NCBI GenBank assembly: GCA_965249135.1
Contig: OZ252220.1
Coordinates: 64,001-128,000, forward strand
Length of the DNA stretch: 64,000 bases
Direction of reading: 5' to 3'
Origin: Alphaproteobacteria bacterium
GTDB lineage: Bacteria > Pseudomonadota > Alphaproteobacteria > GCA-2746255
The position numbers and the translations under genes were made by a program. Positions 31,022-42,875 of the stretch are shown here, piece by piece. Below the pieces are notes generated by a model. The model worked only from the letters and a program-made list of their open reading frames with translations, was not told where the DNA came from and did no database searches. Position 1 is the first letter of the stretch; each line of letters opens with the position of its first letter.

Positions 31022-32373
31022 GTGCGGTGGAGCCTCCCGTCACCGTCCGATTCGCACCGAGTCCAAGCGGCCGATTGCACGTGGGCAACGTTCGTATCGC
31101 CATCCTCAACTGGCTGCTTGCCAAGAAGATAGGTGGTCGCTTCATCCTCAGATTTGATGACACGGACACCGAGCGTGTCCGTGAAAAGTATGTGAGGATG
31201 GCGGAAGAAGACTTGAATTGGCTTAGCCTTGTCTGGGATGAGGAAATTCGCCAGTCGGCGCGGCTTGATCGCTATCGGGCAGCCGCCGAGAAACTAAAGG
31301 CGGCAGAACGACTCTATCCCTGCTACGAAACGCCCGAAGAGCTTGCGCTGAAGCGAAAGGTGCTGCTCTCCCAGGGAAAACCTCCGATTTATGACCGTTC
31401 GGCCTTGCGACTGGACGCGGAGGCCCGCCGTAAGTTCGAAGCGGAAGGCCAAACCCCTCATTGGCGTTTCCTGCTCGAGCCGGGCAAAATTCGCTGGGTG
31501 GATAGCGTTCGCGGTGAAGTGCTTTTCGAGGCGGAGAATTTGAGCGATCCGGTCCTCATTCGTGCCGACGGGACGCCGCTCTTCATTCTTCCCGCCGTCG
31601 TTGATGACATCGAGCTCAAGGTCACGGACGTCCTGCGCGGAGAGGACCACGTGACGAACACGGCGGTGCAGATGCAGATATTCGAAGCGTTGGGAGCAAA
31701 ACCGCCTCGCTTTGCCCATTTGCCGTTACTGACGGATGTTCATGGCAAGGGGCTCTCGAAGCGGAAGGAAAGCCTCGCCATTGTGGGTCTGCGCGAAGAA
31801 GGGTTCGAATCGATGGCCTTAAACAGCTTGCTCGCTTTGATCGGAAGCTCGGACCCCGTCACGCCCTTTGCCTCCCTTGAGGCCTTGCTGCCGAATTTCG
31901 ACTTGCGGAAATTTGCCCGTGCCACCCCGAAGTTCGACCTGGACGAACTCATGAGCGTGAACGCAAAGCTCCTGCACGTATTACCCTTCTCTAAGGTTGC
32001 AGAACGTCTTCACGAGCTTGGCTTGGATGCCGCCGACGAAAGTTTCTGGCTTGTCGTCCGTGAGAATCTTGAACGTCTTTCCGATGCGTCCGTGTGGTGG
32101 CGTGTCTGCCATGGGGAAATCACGCCGGTCGTTGAAGATGTGGCTTTTGTGGGAAAGGCCGCCACCCTTCTGCCCGAAGGGGAGTGGGGCGCCGATACGT
32201 GGCAGACATGGACCGACGAAGTGAGGAAGGCAACCGGCCGAAAAGGAAAAGCGCTTTATCATCCTCTTCGGCTTGCGCTCACCGGGTCCGAGCGTGGACC
32301 GAAATTGCAGAATCTGTTACCGATGATCGGCAGGAAACGGGCCGTTGCTCGCTTACAGGGAGAGGCGGCCTAA
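31018..32373 (+). CDS. gltX: Glutamate-tRNA ligase
   Basis: RFAPSPSG, HVGN, RGEDH, LSKR, LRLALTG. Confidence 0.94.
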   Translation: MSAVEPPVTVRFAPSPSGRLHVGNVRIAILNWLLAKKIGGRFILRFDDTDTERVREKYVRMAEEDLNWLSLVWDEEIRQSARLDRYRAAAEKLKAAERLYPCYETPEELALKRKVLLSQGKPPIYDRSALRLDAEARRKFEAEGQTPHWRFLLEPGKIRWVDSVRGEVLFEAENLSDPVLIRADGTPLFILPAVVDDIELKVTDVLRGEDHVTNTAVQMQIFEALGAKPPRFAHLPLLTDVHGKGLSKRKESLAIVGLREEGFESMALNSLLALIGSSDPVTPFASLEALLPNFDLRKFARATPKFDLDELMSVNAKLLHVLPFSKVAERLHELGLDAADESFWLVVRENLERLSDASVWWRVCHGEITPVVEDVAFVGKAATLLPEGEWGADTWQTWTDEVRKATGRKGKALYHPLRLALTGSERGPKLQNLLPMIGRKRAVARLQGEAA

Positions 32374-32409
32374 CGTCGATTCGATTAGATATGTGGTCCG
32401 CCAAGACAT

Positions 32410-33792
32410 ATGGAACTCGTTCTTTACAACACGCTGACCCGCAAGAAAGAGGTCTTTACTCCTCTCGATCCGGACGAAGTAGGCATGTATGTCTGCGGAC
32501 CGACCGTCTATGACTTCGCGCATATCGGCAATGCGAGGCCCATCCTTGTCTTCGATGTCCTATACCGTCTGCTGAAACGTCACTTTCCGGGCGCGATCTA
32601 CGTTCGTAACATTACGGACGTGGATGACAAGATCAACGCCGCCGCTGCCGAGAGTGGCATTCCGATCGGCGAACTCACGAAACGAACGACGGAAGCCTTT
32701 CACGAGGACATGGCGGCGTTACTGGCGCTGCCTCCGGATGAAGAACCGCGGGCAACGGCGCATGTTCCTGCCATGGTCGCGATGATCGAACGCCTGATCG
32801 AAAAGGGGCATGCCTACGTTGCCGAAGGCCACGTTCTTTTCGAGGTGGGCACCATGCCGGATTACGGGAAACTTTCGCGAAAGAACCGAGACGATTTGAT
32901 CGCCGGCGCACGCGTCGAAATGGCCCCCTACAAAAAAGACCCGGCAGACTTCGTGTTGTGGAAGCTGAGCACGCCGGACCTTCCCGGATGGGACAGCCCT
33001 TGGGGAAGGGGACGCCCAGGTTGGCACATCGAGTGCTCGACAATGAGCGGAGCGTATCTCGGTGAGACTTTCGACATTCATGGCGGTGGGTGCGATCTCG
33101 TCTTTCCGCATCATGAGAACGAAATCGCGCAGAGCGCTTGCGCCCTTGACGGCAAACCCCTTGCACGGTTCTGGGTGCATAACGGTTTTCTCACCGTCAA
33201 TGGCGAGAAGATGTCGAAGTCGCTTGGCAACGTTTTCACGGTGCGCGAGCTGCTGAAACGTGCGCCTGGTGAGATGATTCGCTTTGCCATGCTCTCGACT
33301 CACTACCGCCAGCCGTTGGACTGGTCGGACGACACCCTGACCCAGGCAAAGGAAAAACTGGATCGGCTCTACACCGCCCTTCGTCAGATCGACGGGCTTC
33401 CCTCCGAGGCGGGCGAAGTCCCGGACGAGATTGAGACGGCCCTTCTCGATGACCTGAACATACCGACGGCGCTAAGCAATCTCGTCGGCCTTGCGACAGC
33501 CCTCAACAAGGCGGAAACGGCAGATGAAAAAGGGCACGTAAAGGGAAAGTTGCTTGCAGCAGGGGCGGCGCTTGGGCTACTTCAACAGGACCCGGAAGCG
33601 TGGTTTCGCTGGCAGCCGGCGGGGACTACCCACTTGGACGAAGCGGAAATCGAGCGCCGGATCGCGCTCCGGGACAATGCGCGCCAGGCAGAAGACTTCC
33701 AGGAAGCCGATCGTATACGCGATGAGCTTGCCGCGAATGGAATCCTGCTCGAAGATCGGGCGGGAAAAACGGTTTGGAGACGAGCGGGATGA
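32410..33792 (+). CDS. cysS: Cysteine-tRNA ligase
   Basis: CGPTVY, HIGN, GRPGWHIEC, KMSKS. Confidence 0.97.
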   Translation: MELVLYNTLTRKKEVFTPLDPDEVGMYVCGPTVYDFAHIGNARPILVFDVLYRLLKRHFPGAIYVRNITDVDDKINAAAAESGIPIGELTKRTTEAFHEDMAALLALPPDEEPRATAHVPAMVAMIERLIEKGHAYVAEGHVLFEVGTMPDYGKLSRKNRDDLIAGARVEMAPYKKDPADFVLWKLSTPDLPGWDSPWGRGRPGWHIECSTMSGAYLGETFDIHGGGCDLVFPHHENEIAQSACALDGKPLARFWVHNGFLTVNGEKMSKSLGNVFTVRELLKRAPGEMIRFAMLSTHYRQPLDWSDDTLTQAKEKLDRLYTALRQIDGLPSEAGEVPDEIETALLDDLNIPTALSNLVGLATALNKAETADEKGHVKGKLLAAGAALGLLQQDPEAWFRWQPAGTTHLDEAEIERRIALRDNARQAEDFQEADRIRDELAANGILLEDRAGKTVWRRAG

Positions 33793-35390
33793 TCCGCAAG
33801 AAAACGGATAAACGGGTCTATCTCTATGACAGCACCCTTCGCGACGGGCAGCAGACCCAAGGGGTCGACTTCAACGTCAGCGATAAGGCTGCGATCGCGC
33901 GCGAGTTGGATCAACTAGGCATCGATTACGTCGAGGGTGGGTGGCCGGGGGCCAATCCAACGGACGATGCCTTCTTCGCAGATCCACCGAAATTACGCCG
34001 TGCACGCCTTACCGCATTCGGTATGACCAGACGGCCCGGCCGTAGCGTTGAGAACGATCCTGGCTTGGCGGCCCTTCTTTCAACCGGGGTGAAGTCCGTC
34101 TGTATGGTTGGCAAGAGCTGGGACTTCCACGTCAAGGTGGCGCTGGATGTCAGCCTTGAAGAAAACCTCAAGATGATTCGTGAAAGCGTAGCTCATGTAA
34201 ATAAGCGAACCGATGAAGTTCTTTTCGATGCCGAACACTTCTTCGATGGTTTCAAGGCGGACGCGGATTTCGCACTCACCTGCGTGCGGACGGCCCATGA
34301 GGCGGGCGCGCGCTGGGTGGTGCTTTGCGATACGAATGGTGGCACGCTTCCGGATGAAATCGAGGAGATCGTTTCCACGGTAGTAAAGGAAGTGCCGGGA
34401 AGCCATCTCGGAATTCATTGTCACAATGATACGGAGAATGCGGTCGCCAACAGCCTGGCGGCGGCGCGCGCCGGTGTGCGCCAAATACAGGGAACGATGA
34501 ACGGGCTGGGCGAACGTTGCGGGAATGCCAATCTCGTCTCGCTCTTGCCGACGCTTATGTTGAAAATGGGCCACACGACAGGCGTTAGTGAGAAAAACCT
34601 CCGACATCTTACCCACGTTTCCCATCTGATCGACGATCGCTTGAACCGGATCCCGAATCGTCACGCCGCTTATGTGGGCGAGTCGGCATTCGCGCACAAA
34701 GGCGGTCTTCATGTCTCGGCAGTTGCTAAGGACCCGAAAAGCTACGAGCACATCGATCCAGAGCGTATCGGCAATCGCCGGCACATCGTCGTCTCGGATC
34801 AGGCAGGAAAATCGAACGTCCTAACCCGTCTTGAGGAAATCGGGATCAGGCTCAATGCGGAAGATCCCCGTCTACCGCAGCTCGTAGAGACGGTGAAAGC
34901 GCGCGAGTATGAGGGATATTCCTATGATAGCGCCGGCGCCAGCTTCGAGTTGCTTGCCCGCCGCGCTCTCGAGAACGTGCCGGAATATTTCAAGCTTAAC
35001 AATTTTCGTGTGATCGACGAACGTCGCTGGAATGCCCGTGGCGAGCTAGTCACCTTTTCGGAGGCGAAGATCAACGTCGATGTGCGCGGCAAGAACGTAC
35101 TCACGGTGGCCGAGGGGAATGGTCCCGTCAACGCCTTGGACAATGCCCTACGCAAGGCGTTGATACCCGTCTACCATCAACTGGAGGACCTTCACTTGGT
35201 GGACTACAAGGTGCGGATTCTCGACTCAAGCTTCGGGACCGAAGCGCAGACCCGTGTGATGATCGAAAGTGCCGCCAAGGGCGAACATTGGACGACAGTC
35301 GGTGTGTCGACGAACGTGATCGATGCTTCCTACAACGCGCTTCACGACAGTCTCACCTACAAGTTATTCCGTGACGGCGCCAAGGCGTGA
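33789..35390 (+). CDS. cimA: Citramalate synthase
   Basis: DSTLRDGQQ, GWPGANP, DAEHFFDG, HCHND, AFAHKGG; ATGA overlap with cysS. Confidence 0.9.
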   Translation: MIRKKTDKRVYLYDSTLRDGQQTQGVDFNVSDKAAIARELDQLGIDYVEGGWPGANPTDDAFFADPPKLRRARLTAFGMTRRPGRSVENDPGLAALLSTGVKSVCMVGKSWDFHVKVALDVSLEENLKMIRESVAHVNKRTDEVLFDAEHFFDGFKADADFALTCVRTAHEAGARWVVLCDTNGGTLPDEIEEIVSTVVKEVPGSHLGIHCHNDTENAVANSLAAARAGVRQIQGTMNGLGERCGNANLVSLLPTLMLKMGHTTGVSEKNLRHLTHVSHLIDDRLNRIPNRHAAYVGESAFAHKGGLHVSAVAKDPKSYEHIDPERIGNRRHIVVSDQAGKSNVLTRLEEIGIRLNAEDPRLPQLVETVKAREYEGYSYDSAGASFELLARRALENVPEYFKLNNFRVIDERRWNARGELVTFSEAKINVDVRGKNVLTVAEGNGPVNALDNALRKALIPVYHQLEDLHLVDYKVRILDSSFGTEAQTRVMIESAAKGEHWTTVGVSTNVIDASYNALHDSLTYKLFRDGAKA

Positions 35391-36154
35391 TGGCAGGAAC
35401 CGATTCGACGCAAGCACCAGCGATCGGTGGCCCCGTCATTGTGCTGATAGATGCGCAGTTAGGTGAGAACATCGGCACCGCGGTACGTGCGATGCGGAAT
35501 TGTGGCCTCGAAGAATTGAGGCTTGTGAATCCTCGAAAAGATTGGTTGAACGAAAAAACGATCGCCGCTACGGCGGGTGCCGATACGATCCTCGAGAACG
35601 CCAATGTCTATCCGGAAATCGCAGAGGCGATTTCTGACCTCCACCATGTTTTTGCGACAACCGTCCGACCTCGCGACATGGAAAAGCCCGTGCTCTCGCC
35701 GCACGAGGCGGCCGAGCGCATGCGTGAGGCGGATGAAAGAGGGGAGAGGGTTGGCATTCTTTTTGGCCCGGAACGGGCCGGCCTCACGAACGACGACATA
35801 GCGCTTGCCGAAGCCATCATCGAGGTGCCGCTCAATCCGACTTTCGCCTCTCTGAACCTTGCCCAGGCGGTCCTTCTCCTCGGCTATGAGTGGTTTCAAA
35901 CGGCCCTTGCCGCAAGCCGGCGTCCACCATCCTCTTCCCGCGAGGGTACGCGCCCGGCAACCCAGGCCGAACTTCGGGGCCTGTTCGAGCAGCTTGAGGG
36001 GGGTCTCGATGCTTGCGGTTTTCTGCGAATAAAGGAAAAACGGCCGGGCATGATCCGCAATATCCGGAATATCTTCACGCGTGCCGGGCTTTCGGACCGA
36101 GAGGTCAGCATGCTTCGCGGTATCGTGACGAGCCTTACCCACCGGAAGGGTTGA
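35387..36154 (+). CDS. SPOUT RNA methyltransferase, TrmJ family
   Basis: ENIGTAVRAM, FGPERAGL, SLNLAQAV. Confidence 0.88.
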   Translation: MMAGTDSTQAPAIGGPVIVLIDAQLGENIGTAVRAMRNCGLEELRLVNPRKDWLNEKTIAATAGADTILENANVYPEIAEAISDLHHVFATTVRPRDMEKPVLSPHEAAERMREADERGERVGILFGPERAGLTNDDIALAEAIIEVPLNPTFASLNLAQAVLLLGYEWFQTALAASRRPPSSSREGTRPATQAELRGLFEQLEGGLDACGFLRIKEKRPGMIRNIRNIFTRAGLSDREVSMLRGIVTSLTHRKG

Positions 36155-36256
36155 ATCCCAAGGGAAATCGCTTTGACAGGGCGCAGGGCATGCGTATAGC
36201 ATGGCCCGCTCCTGGCGGACCCTATCGCCTGGAAATGATGGAAATTTTAAGCTTCG

Positions 36257-36880
36257 ATGACGAAACGGCTGCAGGCGAAATACAAGATCAACCGGCGACT
36301 CGGCCTCAATCTGTGGGGGCGGCCAAAGAGCCCTGTGAACCGCCGTGAATACGGCCCAGGGCAGCATGGCCCGTCGAACCAGCGCCGCCGGAAAAGATCG
36401 GATTTCGGCACCCAGCTCACCGCCAAGCAGAAGCTGAAGGGTTATTACGGGAATATCGGTGAACGGCAATTCCGAAAGCTCTATGAAGAAGCCGTCCGCC
36501 AGAAGGGCGACACGGGCGAACGGCTAATCGGCTTGCTCGAGCGGCGACTGGATATGGTGGTTTATCGCCTGAAGTTCGTGCCGACGGTATTTGCCGCCCG
36601 TCAGTTCGTGAATCACGGCCATGTCCGAGTGAATGGCAAGCGTGTCACGATCCCCTCCTATCAGGTGAAGGAGGGGGACGTGGTGGAAGTCAGGGAAAAA
36701 TCCCGGGAACTTGTCCTGGTGCTTGAAGCGGCCCAATCGCCGGAGCGGGAAGTGCCGGAGTACCTTGAGGTTGATTACAAGACGATGCGGGGGAAGTTCC
36801 TGCGCACCCCGACCCTTGGTGACGTGCCGTATCCGGTGCAGATGGAACCGAATCTCGTCGTCGAATTCTATTCGCGCTGA
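36257..36880 (+). CDS. rpsD: 30S ribosomal protein S4
   Basis: [33 protein letters not shown]. Confidence 0.98.
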   Translation: MTKRLQAKYKINRRLGLNLWGRPKSPVNRREYGPGQHGPSNQRRRKRSDFGTQLTAKQKLKGYYGNIGERQFRKLYEEAVRQKGDTGERLIGLLERRLDMVVYRLKFVPTVFAARQFVNHGHVRVNGKRVTIPSYQVKEGDVVEVREKSRELVLVLEAAQSPEREVPEYLEVDYKTMRGKFLRTPTLGDVPYPVQMEPNLVVEFYSR

Positions 36881-36900
36881 CCACCGCTTTTTTTAGAATG

Positions 36901-36933
36901 CGAAAAGGGCCGTCCGCTGGGCGGCCCTTTTCG
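36901..36933. terminator. Bidirectional terminator between rpsD and grxD
   Basis: CGAAAAGGGCCG...CGGCCCTTTTCG inverted repeat between convergent genes. Confidence 0.75.
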
Positions 36934-36956
36934 ATTTCGATTGAGCCCTTTCGCTG

Positions 36957-37292
36957 TCAGGCGGACGTCTCGATCCCTTTTTCCTGTAGATAGCCCGCAA
37001 GCTCGCCGCTTTCGTACATTTCCCGGATGATGTCGCACCCGCCGACGAACTCGCCATTGACGTAAAGTTGGGGAATCGTCGGCCAATCGCTGAATTCTTT
37101 GATTCCGTCTCGAAGGTCTGAATCCGAGAGCACGTCAATCCCCTTAAATTTCACACCCATCCGAGAGAGGATTTCCACGACGGTGGCGGAAAAGCCGCAT
37201 TGCGGAAAGACGGGCGATCCCTTCATGAAAAGGACGACGGTATTCTCCGAGAGATCGTCACGGATACGGCTAAAGACGGGGTTGTCGCTCAT
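36957..37292 (-). CDS. grxD: Monothiol glutaredoxin Grx4
   Basis: PQCGFS, WPTIPQLY, GGCD. Confidence 0.96.
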   Translation of the reverse strand: MSDNPVFSRIRDDLSENTVVLFMKGSPVFPQCGFSATVVEILSRMGVKFKGIDVLSDSDLRDGIKEFSDWPTIPQLYVNGEFVGGCDIIREMYESGELAGYLQEKGIETSA

Positions 37293-37319
37293 CGTTGCCT
37301 CGTTCATCGAATAAAAGTT

Positions 37320-37559
37320 TCAGGCGCCTTCCGAAATCACGGTCTGAAGGGCCAGCGCGTGGAGCGCGTCTCCCATATTGCCACGCAGCGCCTTATAGAC
37401 CATCTGGTGCTGCTGAACGCGGGTCTTTCCCTTGAAGGCAGACGAGGTGACGCGGGCGGCGTAATGATCGCCATCCCCCTGAAGATCGGTGATCGTCACC
37501 TCCGCATCGGGAAGCGTTTCCTTGATCAGCCGCTCGATCTCGCCTGCATCCATTGCCAT
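37320..37559 (-). CDS. bolA: BolA family protein
   Basis: GDGDHY, RVQQHQMVY, LHAL; adjacent to grxD. Confidence 0.92.
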   Translation of the reverse strand: MAMDAGEIERLIKETLPDAEVTITDLQGDGDHYAARVTSSAFKGKTRVQQHQMVYKALRGNMGDALHALALQTVISEGA

Positions 37560-37587
37560 TTGCGCCTCGCGGCCCGTTTGTCCAACG

Positions 37588-39777
37588 CTATGAAACTGCC
37601 ATATAGGTGGGGAACCAGCCCTCATGGGCTTCCCTCAGTCCTGCTATCGATATAGGCGAGATGCGGGCGATTTTCAACGTATCTCCGCCGGTCTCACCAA
37701 GGACGTGCGCGGCAACGCCCGCCTTTTCGGCGGCGGCAAGGACCGCCTCCGGCGCTTGCGTGGTCAGCAGGTAGCGCCCCTGATCCTCCGCAAAGAGCCA
37801 GGCATCGAGGGGCAACCCATCGCCGTTCGGCGCTACCTCGGCGCCCATATCGCCGGCGAGGACCATTTCCACGAGCGCAACGCCAAGGCCGCCATCGCCA
37901 ATGTCGTGACAGGCCGCGAGCATTCCGTTCTCGATGAGCTGACGCACGAAATCCCCGTTTCGCCGCTCCACTTCGAGATCGACGATGGGTGGGGCGCCTT
38001 CTTCCTTGCCCAGGATCTCGCGTAGGTAAATCGAAGCACCAACGGCGCCTTTCGTCTCTCCGATCAGGATGAGCGTCTCGCCTGCCTGCTGGAAGGCCAG
38101 AGTCATCCGTTTGTCGAGATCGGAAATAAGACCCACCGCGCCAATCGTGGGCGTCGGGTGGATCGCCTGTCCATTCGTCTCGTTGTAGAAGGAGACGTTT
38201 CCAGACACGATCGGGAAATCGAGGGCAAGTGCTGCCTCCCGAATGCCTTCGATGGCGGCCACGAATTGACCCATGATCTCCGGCCGCTCGGGGCTTCCGA
38301 AATTGAGGTTATCCGTTATCGCAAGCGGCTTGGCGCCGACGGCCGTCAAGTTCCGCCAGGCTTCCGCCACTGCTTGCGCGGCGCCGGTTTTGGGATCCGC
38401 CGCGCAATAACGCGGCGTGCAATCCGTGGTGATCGCGAGGCCCTTTTGCGTTCCATGGACACGGACGATGGCGGCATCGCCACCCGGCCGTTCGACGGTG
38501 TCTGCCATCACCATGTGATCGTATTGCTCCCAAATCCAGCGGCGGCTCGAGAGATCTGGGCTGCCGACGAGTTTAAGCAGCGCCGCCCCAACGGCCTCGG
38601 GCGCCGTTCTCTCCGATGGAGGAAGCGGCGCTCGGGGAACGGGTGGGGTCCATGGCCGGTCGTAGCTTGGCGCGGCGCTCGCTAGGGGTGCGATGGGCAG
38701 GTCGGCGACGACCTTGCCCTCCGTCTTCAACACCATGTGGCCGCTATCCGTGACCCGGCCGATGACCGCGAAGTCCAGTTCCCACTTCTCGAAGATTGCT
38801 TGCGCCAGTTCCGCATGCTCCGGCTTCACGACCATCAACATCCGTTCTTGGCTTTCCGACAGCATGATTTCATAAGCTGTCATGCCTTCCTCGCGGACGG
38901 GTACCCGATCGAGATCCATTTCGATACCGGTGCCGCCTTTCGAAGCCATCTCGAAAGAAGAAGATGTCAGCCCCGCCGCCCCCATGTCCTGAATCGCGAC
39001 GATTGCGTCGGTCGCCATCAATTCGAGACAGGCTTCCAGTAAAAGCTTTTCCGTAAAAGGATCCCCAACCTGTACGGTTGGGCGCTTCACCTCCGAATCT
39101 TCGTCGAATTCCGCCGAGGCCATCGTCGCGCCATGGATGCCATCGCGCCCGGTCTTCGATCCGACATAGATAACCAGGTTTCCGGGACCCGCGGCTGCCG
39201 AATAGAAGATGCGATCGGCATCTGCAAGGCCTACTGTCATGGCGTTGACGAGGATGTTTCCATTGTAGGAAGCATCGAAAATGCATTCGCCGCCGACGGT
39301 AGGCACACCGACGCAGTTACCGTAATCACCGATTCCGGCAACGACACCGGCCACCAGATGGCGGCTTTTTGGGTGGTCCGGGCACCCGAAACGAAGCGAA
39401 TCGAGATTCGCCACCGGTCTCGCCCCCATCGTGAAGACATCGCGCAGGATCCCGCCCGCCCCCGTCGCCGCACCCTGATAGGGCTCAATAAAAGAAGGGT
39501 GGTTATGACTCTCCATCTTGAAAACGATCGTCTGGCCATCGCCGATGTCGACGACGCCTGCATTCTCTCCCGGGCCGCAAATGACCCAGGGGGCTTCCGT
39601 CGGCAGCGTCTTCAGCCAGCGCTTCGAGGATTTGTAGGAACAATGCTCGCTCCACATGACGGAAAAAATGCCGAGTTCCGTCAGATTCGGCACGCGACCC
39701 AGGATTTCGATGGCCTTGTCGTATTCCTCGGCACTTAAGCCATGCTGGGCGGCGATATTGGGATTGACGTCGGTCAT
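37588..39777 (-). CDS. purL: FGAM synthase subunit PurL
   Basis: [32 protein letters not shown]. Confidence 0.98.
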   Translation of the reverse strand: MTDVNPNIAAQHGLSAEEYDKAIEILGRVPNLTELGIFSVMWSEHCSYKSSKRWLKTLPTEAPWVICGPGENAGVVDIGDGQTIVFKMESHNHPSFIEPYQGAATGAGGILRDVFTMGARPVANLDSLRFGCPDHPKSRHLVAGVVAGIGDYGNCVGVPTVGGECIFDASYNGNILVNAMTVGLADADRIFYSAAAGPGNLVIYVGSKTGRDGIHGATMASAEFDEDSEVKRPTVQVGDPFTEKLLLEACLELMATDAIVAIQDMGAAGLTSSSFEMASKGGTGIEMDLDRVPVREEGMTAYEIMLSESQERMLMVVKPEHAELAQAIFEKWELDFAVIGRVTDSGHMVLKTEGKVVADLPIAPLASAAPSYDRPWTPPVPRAPLPPSERTAPEAVGAALLKLVGSPDLSSRRWIWEQYDHMVMADTVERPGGDAAIVRVHGTQKGLAITTDCTPRYCAADPKTGAAQAVAEAWRNLTAVGAKPLAITDNLNFGSPERPEIMGQFVAAIEGIREAALALDFPIVSGNVSFYNETNGQAIHPTPTIGAVGLISDLDKRMTLAFQQAGETLILIGETKGAVGASIYLREILGKEEGAPPIVDLEVERRNGDFVRQLIENGMLAACHDIGDGGLGVALVEMVLAGDMGAEVAPNGDGLPLDAWLFAEDQGRYLLTTQAPEAVLAAAEKAGVAAHVLGETGGDTLKIARISPISIAGLREAHEGWFPTYMAVS

Positions 39778-40463
39778 GAAAAGGCGGCCACCAGTCCCTC
39801 GAACATCCGCTTCCCGTCCTCACCCCCAAGCAAGGATTCGGCAAGCCGCTCGGGATGCGGCATCATTCCAAGAATCCGACGGTCCTTGCTGAAGACACCG
39901 GCAATGTTGCAAATGGACCCGTTTGGATTCGCATCTTCATCGACCGTGCCTTCCGGATCGCAGTAGCGAAAAGCGATTTGGCCTTCCCCTTCCAACTCGT
40001 CAAGAGTCTTGGGATCGGCAAAATAATTTCCATCGTGATGCGCAATTGGAATGCGGAGCACTTCGCCTGACCGGTAGGCTTCCGTAAAGGGGCTTTCGGA
40101 TGTTTCGACACGCAGATGCACGTCGCGACAGATAAACTTGATGCCGGCATTCTGAAGGAGCGCCCCGGGGAGCAGCCCCGTTTCCGTCAGAATCTGAAAC
40201 CCGTTACAGATGCCGAGCACCGACACGCCTTTTTCGGCCCGCCTCCGGATTTCCCGTATGGCGGGCGAGTGGGCGGCCATCGCGCCGGGGCGCAGATAGT
40301 CCCCATAGGAAAAGCCACCTGGCAGTACAATCAGATCCACGTCAGGGAATTCGCTTTCGCGGTGCCAGACGGCAATCGGTTCGGCTCCTGTGGCGTTGGC
40401 AAGGGCGACGCGGACGTCTCGATCGCAGTTCGATCCCGGATAGACGATAACGGCAGCCTTCAC
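39774..40463 (-). CDS. purQ: FGAM synthase glutaminase subunit PurQ
   Basis: [23 protein letters not shown]. Confidence 0.97.
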   Translation of the reverse strand: MKAAVIVYPGSNCDRDVRVALANATGAEPIAVWHRESEFPDVDLIVLPGGFSYGDYLRPGAMAAHSPAIREIRRRAEKGVSVLGICNGFQILTETGLLPGALLQNAGIKFICRDVHLRVETSESPFTEAYRSGEVLRIPIAHHDGNYFADPKTLDELEGEGQIAFRYCDPEGTVDEDANPNGSICNIAGVFSKDRRILGMMPHPERLAESLLGGEDGKRMFEGLVAAFS

Positions 40464-40509
40464 GACGGGGACCTCACGCAGGCCTCGGGTAGAACGAACA
40501 AATCCAAGC

Positions 40510-40752
40510 CTATTCCAACAACTCGATCTCGTAGTCTTCGATAATCAGATTTGTCAGCAACTTCGAGCACATCGCCTCGACCGTCTCACGGGCGCGCTCG
40601 GGATTGGTCTCGTCAAGGTCGATCTCGATGTACTTCCCCTGCCGGATCCGGTTCACCCCGCTAAAGCCCAGTGATTTTAATGCGTTAGCTATTGCCTTGC
40701 CTTGCGGATCGAGGACGCCGGGCTTTAGCGTGATGTGAACGCCTGCCTTCAT
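40510..40752 (-). CDS. purS: FGAM synthase subunit PurS
   Basis: [21 protein letters not shown]. Confidence 0.95.
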   Translation of the reverse strand: MKAGVHITLKPGVLDPQGKAIANALKSLGFSGVNRIRQGKYIEIDLDETNPERARETVEAMCSKLLTNLIIEDYEIELLE

Positions 40753-40786
40753 TCGCTGCGCCTTTGCAATGGAAAGGCCGCCCCGA

Positions 40787-41551
40787 TCACTGCATGAGGG
40801 TCGGACCCTTCAGGTCCTTTGGTCCGCCTTCCGGAAGGATGCCGAGTCGCCGCGCCACCTCTTGATAGGCACCTTCGACGTTGCCGAGATCCTGGCGAAA
40901 GCGATCCTTATCGAGTTTCTCGTTCGTTTCGGTGTCCCATAGGCGGCAACTGTCGGGACTGATTTCATCGGCAAGGACGATATAAACCTGATCGCCCTCA
41001 TAAAGCCTTCCAAACTCGAGTTTGAAGTCGATAAGGCGCAGACCGACACTCAAGAAGAGGCCGCTCAGGAAATCGTTAATTCTGAGCGACATCGACAGGA
41101 TATCGTCGAGATCCTGTACGGATGCCCAACCGAAGGCGGTGATGTGCTCCTCGGAAATAAGAGGATCACCGAGTTCATCCGCCTTGTAATAATACTCGAC
41201 GATGGACCGCGGCAATGGCGTGCCATCCTCGAGCCCCAGCCGTTTGGCAAGCGAGCCGGCCACGACGTTTCGCACAACGACTTCGACAGGGATAATTTCC
41301 ACTTCCCGGATGAGTTGCTCACGCATGTTGAGCCTACGCACGAAATGGGTGGGAATCCCAATCTCCGCCAATCGAACCATTAGATATTCAGAGATTCGAT
41401 TGTTCAAGACCCCCTTGCCGGTGATGATCGCGTGCTTCTGATTGTTGAAGGCCGTCGCGTCGTCCTTGAAGTACTGGACGAGCGTGCCTGGCTCAGGCCC
41501 CTCGAAAAGAACTTTGGCCTTGCCTTCATAGATTCGTCTGCGGCGAGTCAT
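40787..41551 (-). CDS. purC: SAICAR synthase
   Basis: [28 protein letters not shown]. Confidence 0.97.
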   Translation of the reverse strand: MTRRRRIYEGKAKVLFEGPEPGTLVQYFKDDATAFNNQKHAIITGKGVLNNRISEYLMVRLAEIGIPTHFVRRLNMREQLIREVEIIPVEVVVRNVVAGSLAKRLGLEDGTPLPRSIVEYYYKADELGDPLISEEHITAFGWASVQDLDDILSMSLRINDFLSGLFLSVGLRLIDFKLEFGRLYEGDQVYIVLADEISPDSCRLWDTETNEKLDKDRFRQDLGNVEGAYQEVARRLGILPEGGPKDLKGPTLMQ

Positions 41552-41667
41552 GGCACTATAGGTGTCTGAAAAAGAAAAACCCGCGGCCGATGGGGTGAGC
41601 GGTTTCAAGCGCCCAACATATAGCAATTCTCCCCCCCGAAAACAATGCCGGCAAAGCGGCCGGCTGT

Positions 41668-42417
41668 TTAGATAGTGATGTCTTCGAACGACGTTTCATC
41701 TGGCCGGCCGTTGGCGAAACGGAAGATGGGCCGTGCCCCTGTCTGGCTTGGCGAGGGAAGCGCGATGAGCGCACTGGAAACGGTGCCAAAGCCCCCTTCA
41801 CCGACGATGGTCATCGCGCTTTTGGGGCCTGCCTCGGCATCGAATTCACGGTTCGAGAGCAGGGCTTCCCAGGTTTCCCAGCGACCACGCCCGGGGTCTG
41901 GGAGGGTTGCCTGTTCGAAGCGCGGCAAATGTGTGCGGATGCGCATGGATCCGAGATCGTTCCTGTCGTGCGCGGTGATCAGGGATATCCCAGGCGGTAA
42001 CGGCCAGCATTCTATCGTCTTCTCACCGAGATTTCGCAGCCAGAAGGCATCGCGGCTGTCCACGATGGCCAGATTAAACGAGCGATAGGCACGCCCATCG
42101 AGCTCGACAAGCGCTTTCACCGCCGTTGCGGCGTCCTCGTAGTCGAGCGCCATCAGCACAAGTTCTCCGCGGCTTCGTTTGTCCGGCAGGGGGCCAAGAC
42201 TGTCTGGCCGATTCAGCACCCCGGCCACCAAGCCCTGATTGCCTAAGCCCAACCAGGTCCCGCCGGCTTCGAGGTCCTTCCCTCCAAGCACATGGGGACG
42301 GTCCGGCCAATGCCGTCCGGGGGGCAAGGCTGACCGGGACGTCATTTCGTCACGATTGGCACCTAGAATCAGGGGCCAATCGGCCTCCGGTCGATAGGCG
42401 AGAACAAGGGTACACAT
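41668..42417 (-). CDS. NRDE (TANGO2) family protein
   Basis: MCTL N-terminus, NRDE motif, GGTWLG, SRGELV. Confidence 0.9.
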   Translation of the reverse strand: MCTLVLAYRPEADWPLILGANRDEMTSRSALPPGRHWPDRPHVLGGKDLEAGGTWLGLGNQGLVAGVLNRPDSLGPLPDKRSRGELVLMALDYEDAATAVKALVELDGRAYRSFNLAIVDSRDAFWLRNLGEKTIECWPLPPGISLITAHDRNDLGSMRIRTHLPRFEQATLPDPGRGRWETWEALLSNREFDAEAGPKSAMTIVGEGGFGTVSSALIALPSPSQTGARPIFRFANGRPDETSFEDITI

Positions 42418-42525
42418 GGCCTAACTTTCGGATACCACTTCCAGATCGGGGTCGCTATATAGAGGGCGCTGGGCAGGTGCCCGGATGCCCCCTAAGAGGC
42501 GTCATATCTAAACAGGGTGGAGACA

Positions 42526-42849
42526 ATGAGCGATAGCTTTAAGGAGCGAGAAAAGGCGGCTGAAGCCAAGTTTCATCATGATCAAGAAACGACGTTCAAG
42601 GCCCACGCACGGCGCAACAAACTGTTGGGATTATGGGCCGCCGGTCACTTGGGGCTGACGGGCGCCGATGCCGAATCCTATGCGAAGGAGGTCATAACGG
42701 CCGATTTCGAAAAGCCGGGCGACGAGGATGTCCTCGAAAAGGTTTACGGGGATTTCCAGAAAAAAGGTATCGACATTTCCGAGCGGCTGATTCGAAAAGA
42801 AATGGATCATTTTCTTCGAGTAGCGCTCGAGCAGATCCTTCAAGAATAG
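42526..42849 (+). CDS. DUF1476 protein (F1Fo-ATPase inhibitor zeta subunit family)
   Basis: FKEREKAAEAKF, FKAHARRNKLLGLWAA, YAKEVI, DFEKPGD. Confidence 0.88.
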   Translation: MSDSFKEREKAAEAKFHHDQETTFKAHARRNKLLGLWAAGHLGLTGADAESYAKEVITADFEKPGDEDVLEKVYGDFQKKGIDISERLIRKEMDHFLRVALEQILQE

Positions 42850-42875
42850 ATGCCTTGTTTCAGAAGGACTTTGTC

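Noticed and set aside
41668-42849. NRDE and DUF1476 genes inside the pur cluster
   Set aside because: DUF1476 beside purC/purB is a familiar alphaproteobacterial arrangement; no sign of mobility
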